Shown: one piece after another, positions 61,129 to 64,000 of the stretch
Numbering within the stretch: position 1 is the first letter of the stretch
Layout: each line of letters opens with the position of its first letter
Source of the DNA: Ginglymostoma cirratum
Lineage: Eukaryota
DNA length: 64,000 bases
NCBI GenBank assembly: GCA_024137785.1
Contig: JAHRHZ010000019.1
Span: 47,517,835-47,581,834 of the forward strand
Reading direction: 5' to 3'
The notes under the pieces: generated by a model
Database searches by the model: none
Told to the model about the DNA's origin: nothing
Seen by the model: only the letters and a program-made list of their open reading frames with translations
Made by a program: the position numbers and the translations under genes

Positions 61129-62799
61129 TATTGTCAATTCCTCAATTTTTCATTCTTAACAGTCTTTGATGACTAAACTTCATAACTGGTGCCAAGAGCA
61201 GAGCTGCAGTGGGAATATGCCACAAATGTTTTGCAGATTACTCAACAACTGGGAAAGACAGATTACAACACAAAGTTACAGAATATTTTTGGGTGTAACT
61301 CTTCATCAGTTACAACAGGTTGTCATCCATTACATTTGCTTTCTTTTCTCTTAGATGCCAACAACCCCTTGTGAATTTTCACATTTTGTGTTGTTTATAT
61401 TTGAACTTCCTAGTAGTTACAAAATCGGAAAACAATAAAGTGACTGTAAATCTACCAAATAAAAAAATGGAAACTACTTGAGTTTGTTTTATTGCTATAT
61501 AATTGAAGTGTAATGTTAAACTTGCTAAGAAATACATTTTCACAATTTGATAAATCTACATCATCAAATAAAATGAATAAGTTACATGAAAATGTTTTCT
61601 TTTACTAAAATAGAAGACACCACACTCTCATATGGGAGATCTGAGTTTAAATCCATTGGTTTTATCCCTATTGACTTTCCCAACCCAGTTTCTGCGCATT
61701 TGGGTTTCTATGAATATGGTCTCAGGTTAGAAAACTGCAGCCTATTTAGGACTTTTGGCCAAGGTTAACTCAAAGAAAAAAAACGTACTTGTTACAAATT
61801 TAAGTCTACCATAGACACTCAAGTTTAGTGACTGTAAAATCATCACATTCATTTAGAGAGATATCTTACTGTCCTGCATCTAATTTTGTCATAACATTAG
61901 TTTTAACATTACAATAAACATGCAACAACTAGAGATAACTTAAATGCCAGCCTTGCCCACATCTCAAGAATCAAAATATATTTAAAAAATTCTGGGCCTG
62001 GCTGCTAGACATGTAAAGCACGAAACTCCAAACTTAAATGTGTGCATCAGATACTCTGAGCTGGTGAACAAAGGTACAAACCCTTGTGAAGAAATGTTGT
62101 CTGGTCTTCCTTTGGATGTTTACTCATTTGTTGTTTTCCATTAATTATATCATTGCTGTAATTTGCTTCTTTGTCCACAGTTTTAGGGAGCAGCTGCCCA
62201 ATGAGTTGCTGGTGCAAACGCCTGCCCCATGGATTATCAAAGCTGCCACCTGAAGATAGTTAAATTGTCAGTCCAGCACACCAGAGTCTGAACCCAGGAA
62301 GGCACACCCTCTGAGAGAGGCCAGATTCCCTGGGGGTAGTGTATACTCAGAGAAGGGCCAGTGTGTAATTTACCTACCTGCCTCCCTGACCAGAGGGGTA
62401 CTAGTACTTATTCAGAAGCCAAGGTGTCTCTTGTCCAGGTAAATTGCTTGGACAATCCCAACTCAACACTCTGTGTCAGATGTGTCCTTCACCTGTTTCC
62501 ACGGCTTTACAACAACCTGTCTTTTTCAAACATAGCACTGCAGATAATTTCCAATTGTCATCACCTTTCCAGATACCTCATTGTCCACCACACAAATGGG
62601 AGCTGTGCTGATTTGAGCCAGGTTAATTTGCTAGAGCTAAAAAGGTATTACTTTTGCCTGTATATTAACAGTCTCCTGGAAACCTTCTTATGGATCCTTA
62701 AAGAGTCATGGCCCTTGGTTGAAGACCCCTGACAAACAGAATAGGAGATAAATTTGATAATGCCCTAAAAATTAATGCAAAGATTGCAATGCAGCAGTA

Positions 62800-64000
62800 A
62801 CTTGTGCCTATCGATTGCAATCCAGACACCATGCTAACTTCATGTTGACTACTTATTTCAAAGATTTCAGTATTCAGCCACATTACCATGCTGTTCATAA
62901 GCAGGGCACTAATATCATGAACAGTCAGAAATATTTAAAGAAATTGTGCACTCTTGATGTTGAAGTTGGTGTTGGCAGTGTGCGAGAACTGAATCTAACC
63001 AGGGAAACTTTGAAGAATTACACATGGGAGAGTGTCCTTCAAGTTTGTTTTTAATGCTGCACTGGAGACCTTGGTGGAGGAGAGGAAAAGATGAAAGATA
63101 TGAAAGGGTGGAGGAAGTCATCAAACATATAGTCAGAAAGCACTGGGGACAGATAGCCATGAACGTTCATGCAGAAGTTTAGTCCTCAGAATCAGGATGC
63201 AGTGCTACAAGAAGTTAAATGACTCCACAAGGTCAGTGAATGTATCTTCAATTTCATACCTCACCAGTTGCACCACTAGTCACAGACAATGCTCAATTCA
63301 CTGCACTCCTATCACTAACCTACCAACAATCTCCATCAATCAGGGGTCATATTGTGCTTGACAATCATATGCTTCACTGCACCTTCGCACAGACACAGTG
63401 CTGTGCAAACTCAGATTTTACAACTTGCAAAAACAGCCAAGTATTCAACTACCAAAGTCAAACCACACATCCAATTTCATAATATGGATTGTTATGCTTT
63501 TCCCTCTCTTGCAGGAAAATATGGCATTCAATCATAGAGGGCAGGTACATAATAGAGGGTGACTGGCATGGACTCCATCTCCTAAATCCATAAGGGAGAC
63601 AGAGTCATCGTTTTTAATTTGTTAACTACTGATGCTTTTCAAAGGCAGGATTAGAACCATCAAAATGCATAGCTAGTCTTCCTTCACATATCCCACCACC
63701 CCCACATCATATACTCTAATGTGATTTATAAGCAGATGTTGTAAGCATGGATCAAATTTCCATTTCTCCTGTCACCACAATCCTAAACATGTGCCTTTCT
63801 TTTCAGCAACTCATGATTTGCAACTAGACCAGGCAGTCAAGGAACAGCAGGAAGAGAGTGATGTTGAAAATACATACTTTCAACCACCAGGTCAGAAACT
63901 GACATTGACCATAATTTATAGAATAATCTAGATGTGGGATCTGCAGGTGGTAAGACACTAGGCATGAGTGACCTGCAAGAAGGGGATGGAGCAAGGATAG
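62800..64000 (-). mobile_element. Highly decayed LINE fragments (L2-like)
   Basis: Purine-rich patches (ggagaccttggtggaggagagg, aaagcactggggacagat) like other minus L2 copies. Weak. Confidence 0.3.

Overview
This is eukaryotic, repeat-rich vertebrate DNA, almost certainly from an elasmobranch (shark), judged from HE1-type SINEs and the CR1, L2 and Penelope landscape. One host gene is visible on the + strand: four phase-consistent coding exons (6095-6275, 11952-12111, 41572-41687, 47330-) of a C2orf73 (CIMIP6) orthologue. Its last exon has an in-frame TAA at 47480, although similarity to the mammalian protein continues past it. Downstream, 49624-59597 holds an old, decayed, env-bearing LTR retroelement or endogenous retrovirus inserted into a CR1 tail. 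It has TG..CA LTRs, a GTAC target-site duplication (TSD), a tRNA-Asn-like PBS, a gag with a zinc knuckle, a UGA-CGG gag/pol junction and an integrase C-terminus. Its env has a splice acceptor and resembles a class I fusion protein with no visible gamma-type CX6CC motif. Most of pol is replaced by a CR1 5' fragment. The rest is decayed CR1 and L2 LINEs, two tRNA-SINE families, a Harbinger-like transposon and Penelope-like elements (PLEs), several of them hairpin-shaped with TSDs and minimal hammerhead-ribozyme cores. Repeat boundaries were placed by eye and are approximate. Family names come from motif recall, not database searches.
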